A stretch of 64,000 bases of DNA from the human T2T-CHM13v2.0 reference genome, Homo sapiens. Where the stretch lies: NCBI RefSeq assembly GCF_009914755.1, contig NC_060938.1; one strand, written 5' to 3'. Below are positions 29,284 to 43,200 of the stretch, piece after piece. Every line of letters starts with the position of its first letter. The stretch's first letter is position 1. The translations under genes and the position numbers were made by a program. The notes beneath the pieces are model-generated. The model was given only the letters and a program-made list of their open reading frames with translations. It was not told the DNA's origin and did no database searches.

Positions 29284-30560
29284 CTTTTTTTTTTATTATA
29301 CTTTAAGCTTTAGGGTACATGTGCCCAACGTGCAGGTTAGTTACATATGTATACATGTGCCATGTTGGTGTGCTGCACCCATTAACTTGTCATTTAACAT
29401 TAGGTATATCTCCTAATGCTATCCCTCCCCCTCCCTGCACCCCACAACAGGCCCCGGTGTGTGATGTTCCCCTTCCTGTGCCCATGTGTTCTCATTGTTC
29501 AATTCCCACCTATGAGTGACAACATGCAGTGTTTGGTTTTTTTGTCCTTGCAATAGTTTGCTGAGAATGATGGTTTCCAGCTTCATCCATGTCCCTACAA
29601 AGGACATGAACTCATCATTTTCTATGGCTGCATAGTATTCCATGGTGTATATGTGCCACATTTTCTTAATCCAGTCTATCATTGTTGGACATTTGGGTTG
29701 GTTCCAAGTCTTTGCTATTGTGAATAGTGCCGCAATAAACATATGTGTGCATGTGTCTTTATAGCACCATGATTTATAATCCTTTGGGTATATACCCACT
29801 AATGGGATTGCTGGGTCAAATGGTATTTCTAGTTCAAGATCCCTGAGGAATCACCACACTGACTTCCACAATGGTTGAACTAGTTTACAGTCCCACCAAC
29901 AGTGTCAAAGTGTTCCTATTTCTCCACATCCTCTCCAGCACCTGTTGTTTCCTAACTTTTTAATGATTACCATTCTAACTGGTATGAGATGGTGTCTCAT
30001 TGTGGTTTTGATTTGCATTTCTCTGATGGCCGGTGATGATGAGCATTTTTTCATGTGTCTTTCAGCTGCATAAATGTCTTCTTTTGAGAAGTGTCTGTTC
30101 ATATCCTTTGCCCACTTTTTGATGGGGTTGTTTGTTTTTTTCTTGTAAATTTGTTTGAGTTCATTGTAGATTCTGGATATTAGCCCTTTGTCAGATGAGT
30201 AGATTACAGAAATTTTCTCCCATTTTGTAGGTTGCTTGTTCACTCTGATGGTAGTTTCTTTTGCTGTGCAGAAGCTCTTTAGTTTAATTAGATCCCATTT
30301 GTTAGTTTTGGCTTTTGTTGCCATTGCTTTTTGTGTTTTAGACATGAAGTCCTTGCCCATGCCTATGTCCTGAATGGTATTGCCTAGGTTTTCTTCTAGG
30401 GTTTTTATGGTTTCAGGTCTAACATTTAAGTCTTTAATCCATCTTGAATATCTTGAATTAATTTTTGTATAAGGTGTAAGGAAGGGATCCAGTTTCAGCT
30501 TTCTACATATGGCTAGCCAGTTTTCCCAGCACCATTTATTAAATAGGGAATCGTTTCCCC
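29284..30560 (-). mobile_element. Younger L1PA (PA3-PA5-like), 5'-truncated, nested in the older L1
   Basis: Has its own poly(T) and 3'UTR ('tttagggtacatgtgc...catttaacattaggtatatctcc'); TSD cccacttttt 29280-29289 / cccacttctt 30558-30567. Confidence 0.92.
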
Positions 30561-30690
30561 ACTTCTTAATGGGGTGGTTTGTTTTTTTCTTGTGAATTTG
30601 TTTACGTTCCTTGTAGATTCTGGATATTAGACCTCTGTCAGATGGATAGTTTGCAACATTTTTCTCCCATTCTCTAGGTTGCCTGTTCAC
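29905..30690 (-). pseudogene. Chimeric L1 ORF2 C-terminal fragment (261-aa open frame, lacks EN and RT; not a gene)
   Basis: …[29 protein letters not shown]…[17 protein letters not shown]… is L1 ORF2p C-terminal sequence; the first ~45 aa come from the older L1. Confidence 0.85.
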
Positions 30691-30879
30691 TGTGATGATA
30701 GTTTAGTTTGCCAATCGCAGCCACTTTTAACACTGTTACTCTGGGTAGGTTATTTGGTCTGAGTGTCAGTCCCTCCTTCTGTAAAATGGGGGGAATTCCT
30801 GAAGGACAGTGTTAGGATGAAATCACATTACTTATAATGTCGAATTCCTCTGTCAATGCTTATATGCTTCTCATTCATT

Positions 30880-31380
30880 ATTTCTAAGTCAAGCATTTTT
30901 AAAGCATTTAACATGCAATTATTCATTTTTGTTTATAAAGTGACCCTGTGAACTTATCCCTATTTTACAGTTGATGAATCTGAGACACTGAGAGATTAAA
31001 TAACCTACCTAAGATCATCCAGCTATAAAGTGATCGAGACAGGTTTTGTTTGTTGGTTGGTTGGTTTTGAGATGGAGTCTTGCTCTGTCACCCAGCCTGG
31101 AGTGCAGTGGCACGATCTTGGCTCACTGCAACCTCCACCTCCCAGTAATGGTGCAATTACAGGCATGCACCACCACACCTGGCTAATTTTTTTTTTGTAT
31201 TTTTAGCAGAGACTGGGTTTCACCACGTTGGCCAGGTTGGTCTTGAACTCCTGACCTCAAATCATCCACCCACCTGGGCCTCCCAAAGTGCTGGGACTAC
31301 AGGTGCCCCGCTCAAGACAGATTTTAAACCTAGCATTCTTGCTCCAGAATTCATGCTGTTAATCACTGCTATTCTGCCTC
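30880..31380 (-). mobile_element. MIR interrupted by an Alu
   Basis: 'ccctattttacagttgatgaatctgagacactgagagattaaataacct' ... 'gattttaaacctagcattcttgctccagaa'. Confidence 0.75.
31048..31311 (-). mobile_element. AluS with an internal ~35-bp deletion
   Basis: Reads 'ctccacctcccagtaatgg' and lacks the gggttcaag...gcctccc segment; TSD tcgagacaggtttt 31034-31047 / tcaagacagatttt 31312-31325. Confidence 0.92.
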
Positions 31381-32269
31381 TCTGTTGACTCTCAGAACCT
31401 CTCTTGGTCAAAGCAAGAAGGTATCGAACAGACTTCCTGTGCTGTTTTATAAGCTGCCTCAAATCCTTCCAGGACAGGGCAATGTCTATATAAATAGATG
31501 TTATAAAAAGTATAATCTAGGCCCTATTTATTTTTCTCTCAGATTCATGTCTAATTCATACCAGTTGAGCCTTGCTATTTGAGTTTCACTTAAAAGCATT
31601 CTGACATAGCTCACCTCCCCTCTTTCTCTTATATTGCTACCCATAAGGACTAGAGAAAAGATGGATAACATAATGCTGAGTCTATGAGTTGCTAGAAATT
31701 CCTCATTATAATTGTGTGTCTTCTGGCAAAAATAAATAAATAACTTTCTCTTTTAAAGCCACTTATAGGAGACAATGCACATTCTGTGTTTTTTCTCTGT
31801 GGCTGTGCATGGACACAGACTCTTCTGCCCTTCTCTTGCCTGTTCCTTGATTCCTCATGTTTCTGTCTGGTGCCTACCTGAGATCCAGGTATTCTTCTTT
31901 ACCTCGTCGTCTTGCTATTTTTTCTAGGGACTTTTCTTCTCCCAAAGTTATGTTGAAACAGGCAAAACACCTAGAAATGGGTCATGTGGGTGAGTAGAGG
32001 GGAGTGAGAAGGAGAGGGAAAAAATTCCCAAAGCTCATATTAGGCAATTACAGTTCTAATGAATAGAAGCAGTCTATTCAGGCTTCTGGCAATATTTTAT
32101 GCTCACCTAGTGTAGTCTGTATTCCCTTAAATGGGTAAAAGATGCCTTAAAAAGATTGCTTTGAAGGATGAAGAGACTTGAAACAACTCTCTGAACAAAA
32201 GAACTTGTTTATTCATTCATTTATTCAGCTTGCATTTATTATGTGCTGGGTATTATGCATATAAATATT

Positions 32270-32555
32270 TTCTTAAGTTTTGTTTTTAATTAACACATAA
32301 TAGTATATATTTATGGGGCACAGTGAGATGTTTGATACATGTAGACATTATGTAAAAATCAAACCAGTGTGTTTAGCGTATTCATCACCTCATATATTTA
32401 CCTTTTTCTTCTGGTGAGAGCATTCAAAATCTTCTCTTCTAGCTATTTTGAAATACAACAATACAATATTTTTATCCCTAGTCACCCTGCTGTGCAGTAG
32501 AACACCGGAGCTTATTCCCTCCATTTAACTGTAACTTTGTACCTGTTGACCAATC
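32270..32555 (-). mobile_element. L1MA-type 3' end inserted into an L2 (L2 spans ~32205-32810)
   Basis: 'ttatggggcacagtgagatgtttgatacatg...ttctcttctagctattttgaaataca...ctttgtacctgttgaccaa'; flanks 'ttcattcatttattcag' and 'gaaggctttcaggagagatgacttttgaactgag'. Confidence 0.8.
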
Positions 32556-32839
32556 ATGGTCCCTATTCTAAAAGTGTCACAGCCTAGGTAGGTTGACAAA
32601 CAGGTAAATCAGGATTACAATACAAAAGTAAAATAGCCTGGATCAAGGAAAGCACAGGTTGTTATGGAAACACAAGAGAGGACATGTAAATAAGATTGAG
32701 GGAGGTTCAAGAAGGCTTTTCAGGAGAGATGACTTTTGAACTGAGTTTTAAAGACCACTGGGTAGACAATAGGAGAAAAAAACATTTCTGGCTAAGAGGT
32801 TAGTGTGGATGAGCAAGTGGCTCTGTATAGCTGGAGGAG

Positions 32840-33559
32840 TGTCTGAATTTTCCAACATGAAAAGGACCACAAACTTGGTGGAATCAAACAAAGATTTTTT
32901 TTTTCTTTTGTCACAGTTCTGGAGGTTGGAAGTCCAAAATCAAGGTGTCAGCAAGGCTGGTTCCTTCTGGAGGTTCTGAAAATGAATCCCTTCCATGCCT
33001 CTCTCCCAGCTTCTGGTGCTGGTGGATGCATCACTCTGATCTCTGGCTGTCTTTACATTGCCTTCTCTGTGTTTCTCCTTTTCTGCCTGTATCTTCTCTT
33101 CTTCTAAAGACACTTGCCAGGCCAGGAGTGGTGGCTCAAACCTGTAATCCCAGCACTTTGGGAGGCCAAGGCAGGCAGACCACCTGAGTTTGAGACCAGC
33201 CTGGCCACTGTGGTGAAACCCTGTCTCTACTAAAAATACAAAAATTAGCCGGGTGTGGTGGCGCATGCCTGTAATCCCAACGATTCAGGAGGCCATGGCA
33301 AAAGAATCGCTTGAAACCCAGGAGGCGGAGGTTGCAGTGAGCCAAGATTGCGCCATTGCACTCCAGCCTGGGCAACAAGAGCGAAACTCATCTCAAAAAA
33401 AAAGATACTTGCCATTGGATTCAGAGCCCACCTAGATAATCCAGGATGATCTCATCTAGACAGCCTTTACTAATTCCATCTTGCAAAGACTCTTTTTTCA
33501 AATAATGACACATTCATACATTCCATATCTTTTGGGGAGACACTATTTAACCCACTACA
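32840..33559 (-). mobile_element. MLT1C-like MaLR solo LTR interrupted by an Alu
   Basis: 'cacagttctggaggttggaagtccaaaatcaaggtgtcagcaagg' ... 'ccaggatgatctcatct' ... 'tttaacccactaca'. Confidence 0.85.
33120..33400 (+). mobile_element. AluSq-like
   Basis: TSD aaagacacttgcca 33106-33119 / aaagatacttgcca 33401-33414. Confidence 0.96.
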
Positions 33560-33718
33560 AGGTATAAAGATGAGCTATAGGCCTGATGAGGTAGGAAAGA
33601 GGCAGGGCAAGGTCTCCCAGACACTCATGTACCTGACAAGGTGAGTCTCAAGAGACACAAGAAAACCTTGGAACTGTAATTGTGAAATTGACATCTATCT
33701 CTGGAAAATGACTATTAC

Positions 33719-34282
33719 TCCTAATGCCTCTAGCCAAAGACTATCAGAAACCCACCTGTAGCTGATGGAGTTGCATTTGTTACTCATTGTTTCGATGAGG
33801 ACACACATCATGAGGAACCATCATGTCTCAGCTAGAGGGTGTTGGAGAAAACCTATTGTAGGAATTTGACTTTGGTTGGGTAATATGAGGAAGCGTCCAA
33901 GAAAGCCTAGTTCACTTTAGATTAGATGCTGTCAGAAAGCAGAGGCAATTCTAAAAATGTGTATCTTGATTAAATCTTCTCTGTATGGAACAAGAGTGAG
34001 GATAAAGTTGTAAATGATAAAGAAGTAGCAATCACTAGCCAAGAGAGGGGACTGTTTGCTATTTTGTGGGTGAAGCAGTGACTTTGTTTTTCTGTGCATT
34101 GATTAAATTAAGATGTAGCTTTGTTTTGACTCAGTTTATCATGGTCTCAGAGTGACTTCTTCTGAGATTGGTATTCTGTGACATTGCTCATGTGCAATAG
34201 AAGAATAACAAGATCTAGCCATGAGTGCCAGGTTACGTTCCAGATGTCACAGGCTGCTCTTTTGTTTTGTTTTTCTTTTTCA
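33719..34282 (-). mobile_element. ERV1 solo LTR, MER67-like
   Basis: 'aatgcctctagccaaagactatcagaaacccacctgtagctg', 'gatgctgtcagaaagcagaggcaattcta', 'ctagccatgagtgccagg...gatgtcacaggctgc'. Confidence 0.6.
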
Positions 34283-35664
34283 ATACCAAGTGATAAGAAT
34301 GAGCATGCCTAAAATTCCAGCAGTTGTAATAAAATACATCAACCAAAAGGTTCAGACTGTCCTGTAAGACCCATAATAAGAGTCTCAATGTGTTCTTAAA
34401 AGAACATTCTTTCTTAGCCTACGTGAACATCCTTCTCTAGACTTAAATTACTTCTGACCCACATGTTGGGCCGTATCTATTTTAAAGACAAGAGGAGCTA
34501 ACTGCAAAGTTCCTTGTCTGGTAAGCTGTTTCATCTGATAGTTGTAATAGCATTTTCTCCCATCTCACTGTAGGGCCTAACCCCACAAGCATCCTTGTGA
34601 AGAAAGACCCCACAGTCCTCTTTTTAAGCTTTCTCCCTCCCTTTCCTGGGGTGCCTTATCTATTTAAATATTAGAGGTGAGTCAAATGTAATTCTCTTTA
34701 ATGAAAAACAAACAAGTGATAGAACCCTAAACGCTCTTTTGGCAAAGATCCCTTCAGAACAAACAATCTTCTTTTAAAAGAAGTCAGAGCTAGGAAAGGG
34801 CCACAGGAGAGCAGGGATAGCCAACTAAACTATGCAGCAGGCTTCTCTGAAAAAAAGTGAGTGACTTTTTTGGTGTGGCAAGAAAAAAAAAAGTAAAGTT
34901 TGATATAACTAGTAGTCCTTGGAATGACAAGTGACAAGAGAGGTCTCTTCCCTCCCTATAGTCCCAAGGAGAAAAGGGCTCTGTAAAATTAAAGGCACAG
35001 GTATTCAGTTGAAAGGACATATTTTTCTCCTCTAACTTATAATTAGCCTGCGATACTGGCTTCTGTAGGCTCTTATGAAGGCAAATTGCTCAGGACAGTG
35101 ACTCTGGCGATGTCAGTCATACAGGCAAGCACTGGGATATCTATCACAAACACATGCCAGTTGTCATCTTCCAAGGCATCACCTGATTGCCAACTCAGGT
35201 CAGGAAGAAATCATTCCTCTTTCTTCTTCTGTGATGTTACTTATCTGTTGCAACAGAGGAGAGGGTTAGCACCTTTCATGACATATTCCAGCATCCTGTT
35301 AAATTGATCAGAAGACCAATTGCACACAGTGTCTTCTACCATTGAGATTGGAAACACAGCCAAGGGTGGAGATGGTCAGTGAGGCTTCCCAGTGTCTTGC
35401 AAGTTCCAGGTCAGTTGTTTATGCTTAGAGTCCCCTGACAGAGAGATGGATGTGTTAGCAGGTTCTAGGGCCTGTGGTTTCCCTTGTGGAAATGCCAGTG
35501 GACCATGTGTGCTCCTTGGGTATCAGGGTGATTGGGCTTGGGTTGGTTGTGGCCACAGCATGAACTGGAGAGTCGGCTGTATTTGGCATGACAAGGTTGG
35601 CACAGGCCAGCTGAGACCTTGAAAAATTTGGAGCTGATGCAGAGGTGAATAAACACATTGAAAA

Positions 35665-35948
35665 CAGAAGCTGCAACCTCAAATTTCTACAGGGACCAGA
35701 CAGGTAATATGCCTGAGTGAAGCAGGCCAGGTGGCAAATTGTACAGTGCAGGCCCCAATCAAAGTGCACAGTGGCCACTCAGCTGCCACTGGATTATAAT
35801 TGTGTAGAGATGTGAGTTTAGAGTTGTCAGCTTTTCAAGAGAAGCCAACAGTCTGGTGTGTATGTTAAATCCCCTGATTCTGGCATCTAATTAATGCCCT
35901 TAGCAGTCCAAACCAAACAATGTGTGAGCTGCCATTTTTGCAACCTTG
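35665..35948. mobile_element. MER102-like hAT MITE
   Basis: 'ctcaaatttctacagggaccagacaggtaat...gagtgaagcaggccagg...ttttcaagagaagcca...tttgcaaccttg'. Confidence 0.65.
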
Positions 35949-36721
35949 AGCTAATGGTGTTAACGTCCAGTTTCTTTGTTTCATAACATCTATGGAATGG
36001 CTTTGTGAATGCAAATGTTGAAACATTGTGAGTCTCATCCCCAACAGTGAAAATAAATACAAAATTTAGGCAAAAAATAAAAATAAAAATAAAAATACTT
36101 CTTAAATGTCACAGCGCCCCCATGGGGCTGGCTGGGGCAACAAATTAAGGGACACAGCTGAGCTTTCGATTCTGTCAGTAACTAAGTAGTAATGGTGCCT
36201 CAGGGGGTCTGAGTCATTGAACAAGCGCTACAGGATAGCACAATACTAGGTACACAAAGTAGGCGAGCACAGGCTCCCTACCTTTGAAAAGTTTATAAGT
36301 TCATTAACAGTATTATGTTTCCATGCACTGGAGCATTAGAGGAAAAATGCCACGATAACATCTAAACAAGAGTGCAGTGGGCCCTGAGAAGTATGATGAT
36401 TCTGTTTCCTTCTTTAAAGCATCTCTTCTTAATAATGTGCAGTAGTAGAGAGAATAGAAAAGCAGCATGATGGCCATGTGACTTGCTGGATGGATGCCAT
36501 TTCTGTTGGATGAGATTGGACATCAATAGGTAAAACCAATAAGAGGTTGTGTGCATTTTCAGATTCTGGAATTCTGGAATCTATGACATTTTTGGAAAAA
36601 TAGCTCTCCTAAGACACTGGTTCTAAATATAGCAGTGGGTTTCAATAGTTCTATGAATTGAAATCAATAGTACTAAGGAGCGAAGAGCCTAGATCACTCT
36701 CCCAAGAATCATTGCTTAGAT

Positions 36722-36903
36722 GAGTGGTTCTCAAAGTGTAGTCTCTGGCCACCAGCATCACCTGGCAACTTGTTACAAACGCATATTGTTGATTCTCATT
36801 CCACAACTATTGAATCAGAAATTCTGGGACTGAGTCCTAGCAATCTGTGTTTTAAACAAGCCCTCCAAATGATTTAATGCATGCCAAATACTAAGAATCA
36901 CTG
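36722..36903. mobile_element. MER5A hAT MITE
   Basis: TIRs 'agtggttctcaaagtg' ... 'aagaatcactg'; internal 'cagcatcacctgg...tgaatcagaaattctggg...tgtgttttaaacaagccctcca'. Confidence 0.85.
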
Positions 36904-37123
36904 TTATCCTTGGAAGAGGGGAAAGCTCAGATAACCCACAATTGAGGTCTAGAGATGTTCATAGTCTCTTCTACAAGTAAGTCTTACCAGTGAGCTATAG
37001 TAGAGATAACCAAGATAGCATGTAGCTGGAGGAGCTGTTGCTTATTTGACTGGATTTTTTGGTCATTTTTTCTTTCTCACTTATGTGTTTGTTCTCCACT
37101 TGTTTTCAAGCCCCATTGATTTC

Positions 37124-37634
37124 TGTATTAGCTTTCTATTGCTGCTATGATAAATTACCACACATTTTCATGGCTTAAAGCAACACAAATTTATGAGAGT
37201 TCTGAAGGTTAGAAGTCCAATACAGGTATCTCTGGATAAAATCAAGGTGTCAGAATTAGAGCAAATCCCTTCTTGGGGCCTCTCGGGAACAATCTACTTC
37301 CTTGCTTTTTCCAGCTTCTAAAGGCCACCTGCTTTCTTTGGCTCATGGGCCCTTTTCTTATAAATGCAGATGTTGTTTTTAAAAATGAACAATGTTAGGC
37401 TGCCTTCCTCGAGGGGCTGTCTCTCTTGTTCTCACTCTTCTGCCTCCCCTTCCACCTTTAAGGATCCTGTGATTACATTGGGTGCACCTGGATGATAGGC
37501 AAGCTCCCTATTTTAAGATCAACTGATTAGCAAATTTATTCCCCTGTGCTATAGAAGGTACCATATTCACATGCTTCAAGAATTAGAATATATTGTATCT
37601 TTCATGGGGGAGGTACATTATTCTGCCTACCATA
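37124..37634 (-). mobile_element. MLT1D-like MaLR solo LTR
   Basis: 'tgtattagctttctattgctgcta...aaatcaaggtgtcag...gtgattacattgggtgcacctgga...attattctgcctacca'. Confidence 0.8.
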
Positions 37635-37850
37635 AGAGATTGTATTCGGAGGGCTTGTTTTTTTTTTTGTTGTTGTTGTTTTTTCACCAGGAAATGGAGC
37701 CTGGTGAAAAATGTAATATATAGCCTCTTCCTCCACACTACTAAACTACCTTTCTGTGTCCTACAGAGACTGTGTAATATTCACTGGTGAAGACATAAGC
37801 TTTGTAGTCACAAACCTGAGTTGACGTTCCTACTCTGGCACTTACTAGAT

Positions 37851-38205
37851 TGATATGGTTTGGCTGTGTCCCCAGCCAAATCTCATCTTGAATTCCCATG
37901 TGTTGTGGGAGGGACCCGGTGGGAGGTAATTGAATCATGGGGGTAGGTATTTCCCAGGGTGTTCTCCTGATAGTGAGTAAGTCTCATGAGGTCTGATGGT
38001 TATTATAAGGGGGAGCTTCTCTGCACAAGCTCTCTTTGCCTGCTGCCATTTCACGTAAGGTGTGACTTGCTCCTCCTTGCCTTCTGCCATGATTGTGAGG
38101 CCTCCCCAGCCACATGGAACTGTAAGTCCAATTAAACCTCTTTCTTTTGTAAATTGCCCAGTCTTGGATATGTCTTTATCAGCACCATGAAAATGGACTA
38201 ATATA
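37851..38205 (+). mobile_element. THE1 (THE1A/B-like) solo LTR inserted in a MIR
   Basis: Canonical start 'tgatatggtttggctgtgtcccc' and end 'aaaatggactaata'; perfect 5-bp TSD tagat 37846-37850 / 38206-38210; MIR halves at ~37770-37850 and ~38210-38355. Confidence 0.95.
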
Positions 38206-40011
38206 TAGATGTAATAACTTTTTGCAAGTTATGCAATTTTGGGCCATAGATTCCTTTATTCTGAAGTGGAGAAAATACTTTCCTTATACAATTGTTATGT
38301 TTACATAAAATAAGGTGCCAGATACATAGTAGAAATAAAATAAATGATGTTACTACTTCCTAAAATCCTAAAAGTTTCATTTCAGATTGCTGAGTAAACC
38401 CAGTTAAAGAAACCAGCCTCTGTGTTTTGGTGTTGTCATTAATGCTAAGTTACATTTCCTTAGGGTATCTGCATTAAGCAAATGTAAGATGTTTGAGTTT
38501 CAAAGATGAACAAGTGACTTGTAAGTGTAAAGTGGTATGGCTGTTTTTAATAAATAGGTAATACCACCCTTTTGGCGGGTAGTAGAGAAAAGAAGATGAG
38601 TTTTTAGAAAAAGACTCAGAGTTACTCAGAATTAAGAAAATGAATCCTTACTGTCAATATGAGTCTCCCACCTGCTAGCGCAAGTGGTGGATAGATTTTC
38701 TTTTCCACTAGATTTACTTCCTGATATACACATTTATCACTCAAGCATGGACTGTTCATCAAGTCATTTTCCATCTATAACCCCAGCTGAAGCCTGACAG
38801 GTTGTGTGTTTATTATGTACTCTTAAAAAACTGGAGCTCATTTGCCCCTGCTGCGGGGAGAGCAGACTCAGACAGATAGAGGGATAAGGTCATTCAGTGG
38901 AATGCCCATTCACTGCAGTCAAGCCTAAATAATAGAGAGGTGTAAAACAACCAGGAAAAGCTCTGATTATTGCCAGAAATCAAATATTGATCAGATAGTC
39001 CCCTAACTTACCAACTTCCCTCTTAATGATCTGATTCCCATGTATTCATTCATCAGTTAGTTGAGCCCCTCCTATAGACCAAGCCCTGTGCATGGCTATA
39101 AAAAACAGTATGTCCATGCCCACTTCCCCCTCTACACTCAATCTGGAGCCATGAGAAATTAAATAACCTTTAATTTCTGAAGATCGGGTGCTCTTATAAA
39201 ACATCAGTACTTATAATTGTATCCTGCAGTGGAAAATTGTGCAATAATCTTTTTCTGAAGGCATGGCCATGAATTGTACTGTATTACTCCATCTATCTTC
39301 TTTTAACACTAAACAAAATGAAGAGAATACATTGTGCATGGCCCCTAGAAATTTACCTTCAAATAGAAACAAAGCTGCTAACTCCACACACACATGATAT
39401 GCTGAAAACTGAATAAATATTGAAGAATCTAAATTCAATTAATTAGCAAGCCAAATCTTGCCTCAAATTATGTTGACATTATTTATTCCTTTGTTGATTA
39501 AATGAGTTGCCTCTTAAGCCAAAAGAGAAGATCTTAAGCTCTTGTTTCTTCATTCCAGGTCTCTTCTCTCCAAGGAATTTGGGAAGGAGCAAGCACAGCA
39601 GAGGCCAGTTTTACTGCATGCTGGTGCTCAGAGGGAATAGGGTTCATAGAGTAGAAGACAGTGAGGAGAGAACCAGTAAGGAGGTTGGGGAGCTGGATAG
39701 CATTTACAGCATGGGTTCATTGATTCATTGGGAGGCTTATAAATTTCCTATGCATAGAAGCACCTGTTTTTAAACAGAGACATGTATTCAACACATGCCT
39801 TCGAGAACTAATTGGAAAGAGTCTTTGATGGCCTATCGTTTTGAATTTGCATGACCAGAACTCCACTATCCATGCAAACACAGTGGACTTGCTGCAATTG
39901 TCCTTTGACTTAGGCAACTTTAACAATGCAGGGGAGGAGGGGTGAGAAGAGGCTAGGAGAGGAAGTGTCAGTGGGAGAAGCCAAGAATAATTGAAGTAGT
40001 GTGTTATTTCT

Positions 40012-40560
40012 TTTTTTTTTAACTATTAATTTTTTTTATTATTATACTTTAAGTTCTGGGATACATGTGCAGAAGGTGCAGGTTTGTTACATAGGTATAC
40101 ATATGCCATGGTGGTTTGCTGCACTCATCAACCCATCATCTACATTAGGTATTTCTCCTAATACTATCCCTCCCCTAGCCCTCCACCCACCTGACAGGTC
40201 TCAGTGTGTGATGTTCCCCTCCTTGTGTCCACGTATTCTCGTTGTTCAACTCCCACTTATGAGTGAGAACATGCAGTGTTTGGTTTTCTGTTCCTGTGTT
40301 AGTTTGCTGAGAATGATGGTTTCCAGCTTCACCAGTGTCCCTGCAAAGGACATGAAGTCATTCTTTTTTATGGCTGCATAATATTCCATGGTGTATATGT
40401 GCCACATTTTCTTTATCCAGTCTATCATTGATAGACATTTGGGTTTGTTCCAAGTCTTTGCTATTGTGAACAGTGCTACAATAAACATACATGTGCATGT
40501 GTCTTTATAGTAGAATGATTTATAATCCTTTGGGTATATACCCTGCAATCCCATTACTAG
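40012..40560 (-). mobile_element. L1PA (PA7-like) 3' end, 5'-truncated, with a terminal micro-inversion
   Basis: Antisense 3'UTR plus ORF2 end (ORF 40246-40572 …GIYPKDYKSFYYKDTCT…); TSD gtagtgtgttatttct 39996-40011 / gtagtatggcatttct 40561-40576. Confidence 0.93.
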
Positions 40561-41269
40561 GTAGTATGGCATTTCTAACCACCCTTTCCTTCCATGAGCT
40601 TAGGCCTGGGAGTTGCAGTGAGTGGGAGCCTTAAATCTACCAAGCCGCAAATTTCTGTGTTCCTGAGGCCTCTCAAGGCATCAACATCTTGAATAGAAAA
40701 TAAGTCTATCCTTAAAGATACAGTACATTTAAAGATTAAAAAAAAAAAAAACAAAAAAAATCATGTTCCCTAAACACAAATAACTTCATCTGCTGCCCAA
40801 GCAAAGAAACAAAGAGATGTCTACTAAAGGCAAAAATGCCAATGTCGTGCTTCCTGAGCACAGACATTGCACTGCACAGAATGGACCATTTTGGAGACTT
40901 TCAAAGACAGTTTTGACTCAGTAATCTCCTATGCTGACTTTATTACCTAACTGTGTCCTGTGGAGGATTAGGTGATAGTGGCAGGTTAGGTCCATGGGAG
41001 ATTGGATTCCACTGTGATCAGCAAACAGAATAACCAGCATGTGTGAAGTGACTTTTGTCAGAGGAGTGATGAGGAGTGCTCTCTGAATTCAGTGTTTTCC
41101 CTCTTTAATTTTTGCTAATCATGGGTCATTTATCTGTGAGCTACTGCATTGTTTCCACTGCCTGCTTTCCAACCAGGGATAGGTTTTATCTCAAAAAACA
41201 GAAGACAAAACCTCTTAACCTAAAACTAAGACTCCCTCTGGGAGATTCCAAAGAGAGACGGCTTTGATG

Positions 41270-41450
41270 TAATGGGAAGGGAGCTGATTTAGGGTCTAAT
41301 AAAGTCTTCTACCAGCTGTGTGATCTTTGGCAGTTTCTAGTTCCCTAGGTACTATTTGCCTATCTATAGAAATGGGGTTAACAGCACCTACTGCTGAAGT
41401 TGGTATGGACATAATGAGATACCATACATGTAAGGAAATGAAAAGTATTC
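41270..41450 (+). mobile_element. MIR SINE
   Basis: 'ctaccagctgtgtgatctttggcagtttc...atctatagaaatggggttaacagcacctac'. Confidence 0.7.
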
Positions 41451-41900
41451 CACAAATACTCCTTCCCTGAGCTTGTTCCTTCCTTTCACCAAAACACACA
41501 TATTCCATCTTTCAACTCTCCTGCTCTACACGTGTATGCTTGAGTTTAGGGCCCTGGAATAAGCAATCCTGGGTCAACATCTGCTCTGCAAACATCAAAA
41601 AGTGTGAGCAGGGGCAGCCTAGCCTTGGTATTGATGTGTTTCCCATCCACAGCCACATTCACCATTAGACCCAGTATTAGTCACTGGGTCCCCGGGGCCA
41701 GCATTTACTGTTGCCTTCAAAAATGCAGACTCATTACTAACAAAAGTGGTATGTCCATTATTATGACCTATTTAGTGGCCCAGCAAATCCCCAAATTCTA
41801 TTGAGCCACATCTGTCTACCGAGGGGCTCTGCGGTTGATTGTCTGAGACGGATCTGCTTGCAAAGAGGCTGATTTGGGAAAGTTCAACAGCCCCACTTAG

Positions 41901-43200
<1,300 letters not shown>

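Larger units (their letters stand above)
28433..30711 (-). mobile_element. Older L1PA (PA8-PA10-like) 3' portion, inserted in a MIR and split by a younger L1
   Basis: 3'UTR 'cctaagtattaagccccgcatgcatta'; ORF2 remnant 28710-29081; resumes at 30558-30711; MIR halves at ~28360-28415 and ~30715-30830. Confidence 0.9.

Noticed and set aside
38660-38690. CTCF-like motif (CTAGCAGGTGGGAG on the minus strand)
   Set aside because: It has mismatches at two highly informative core positions.
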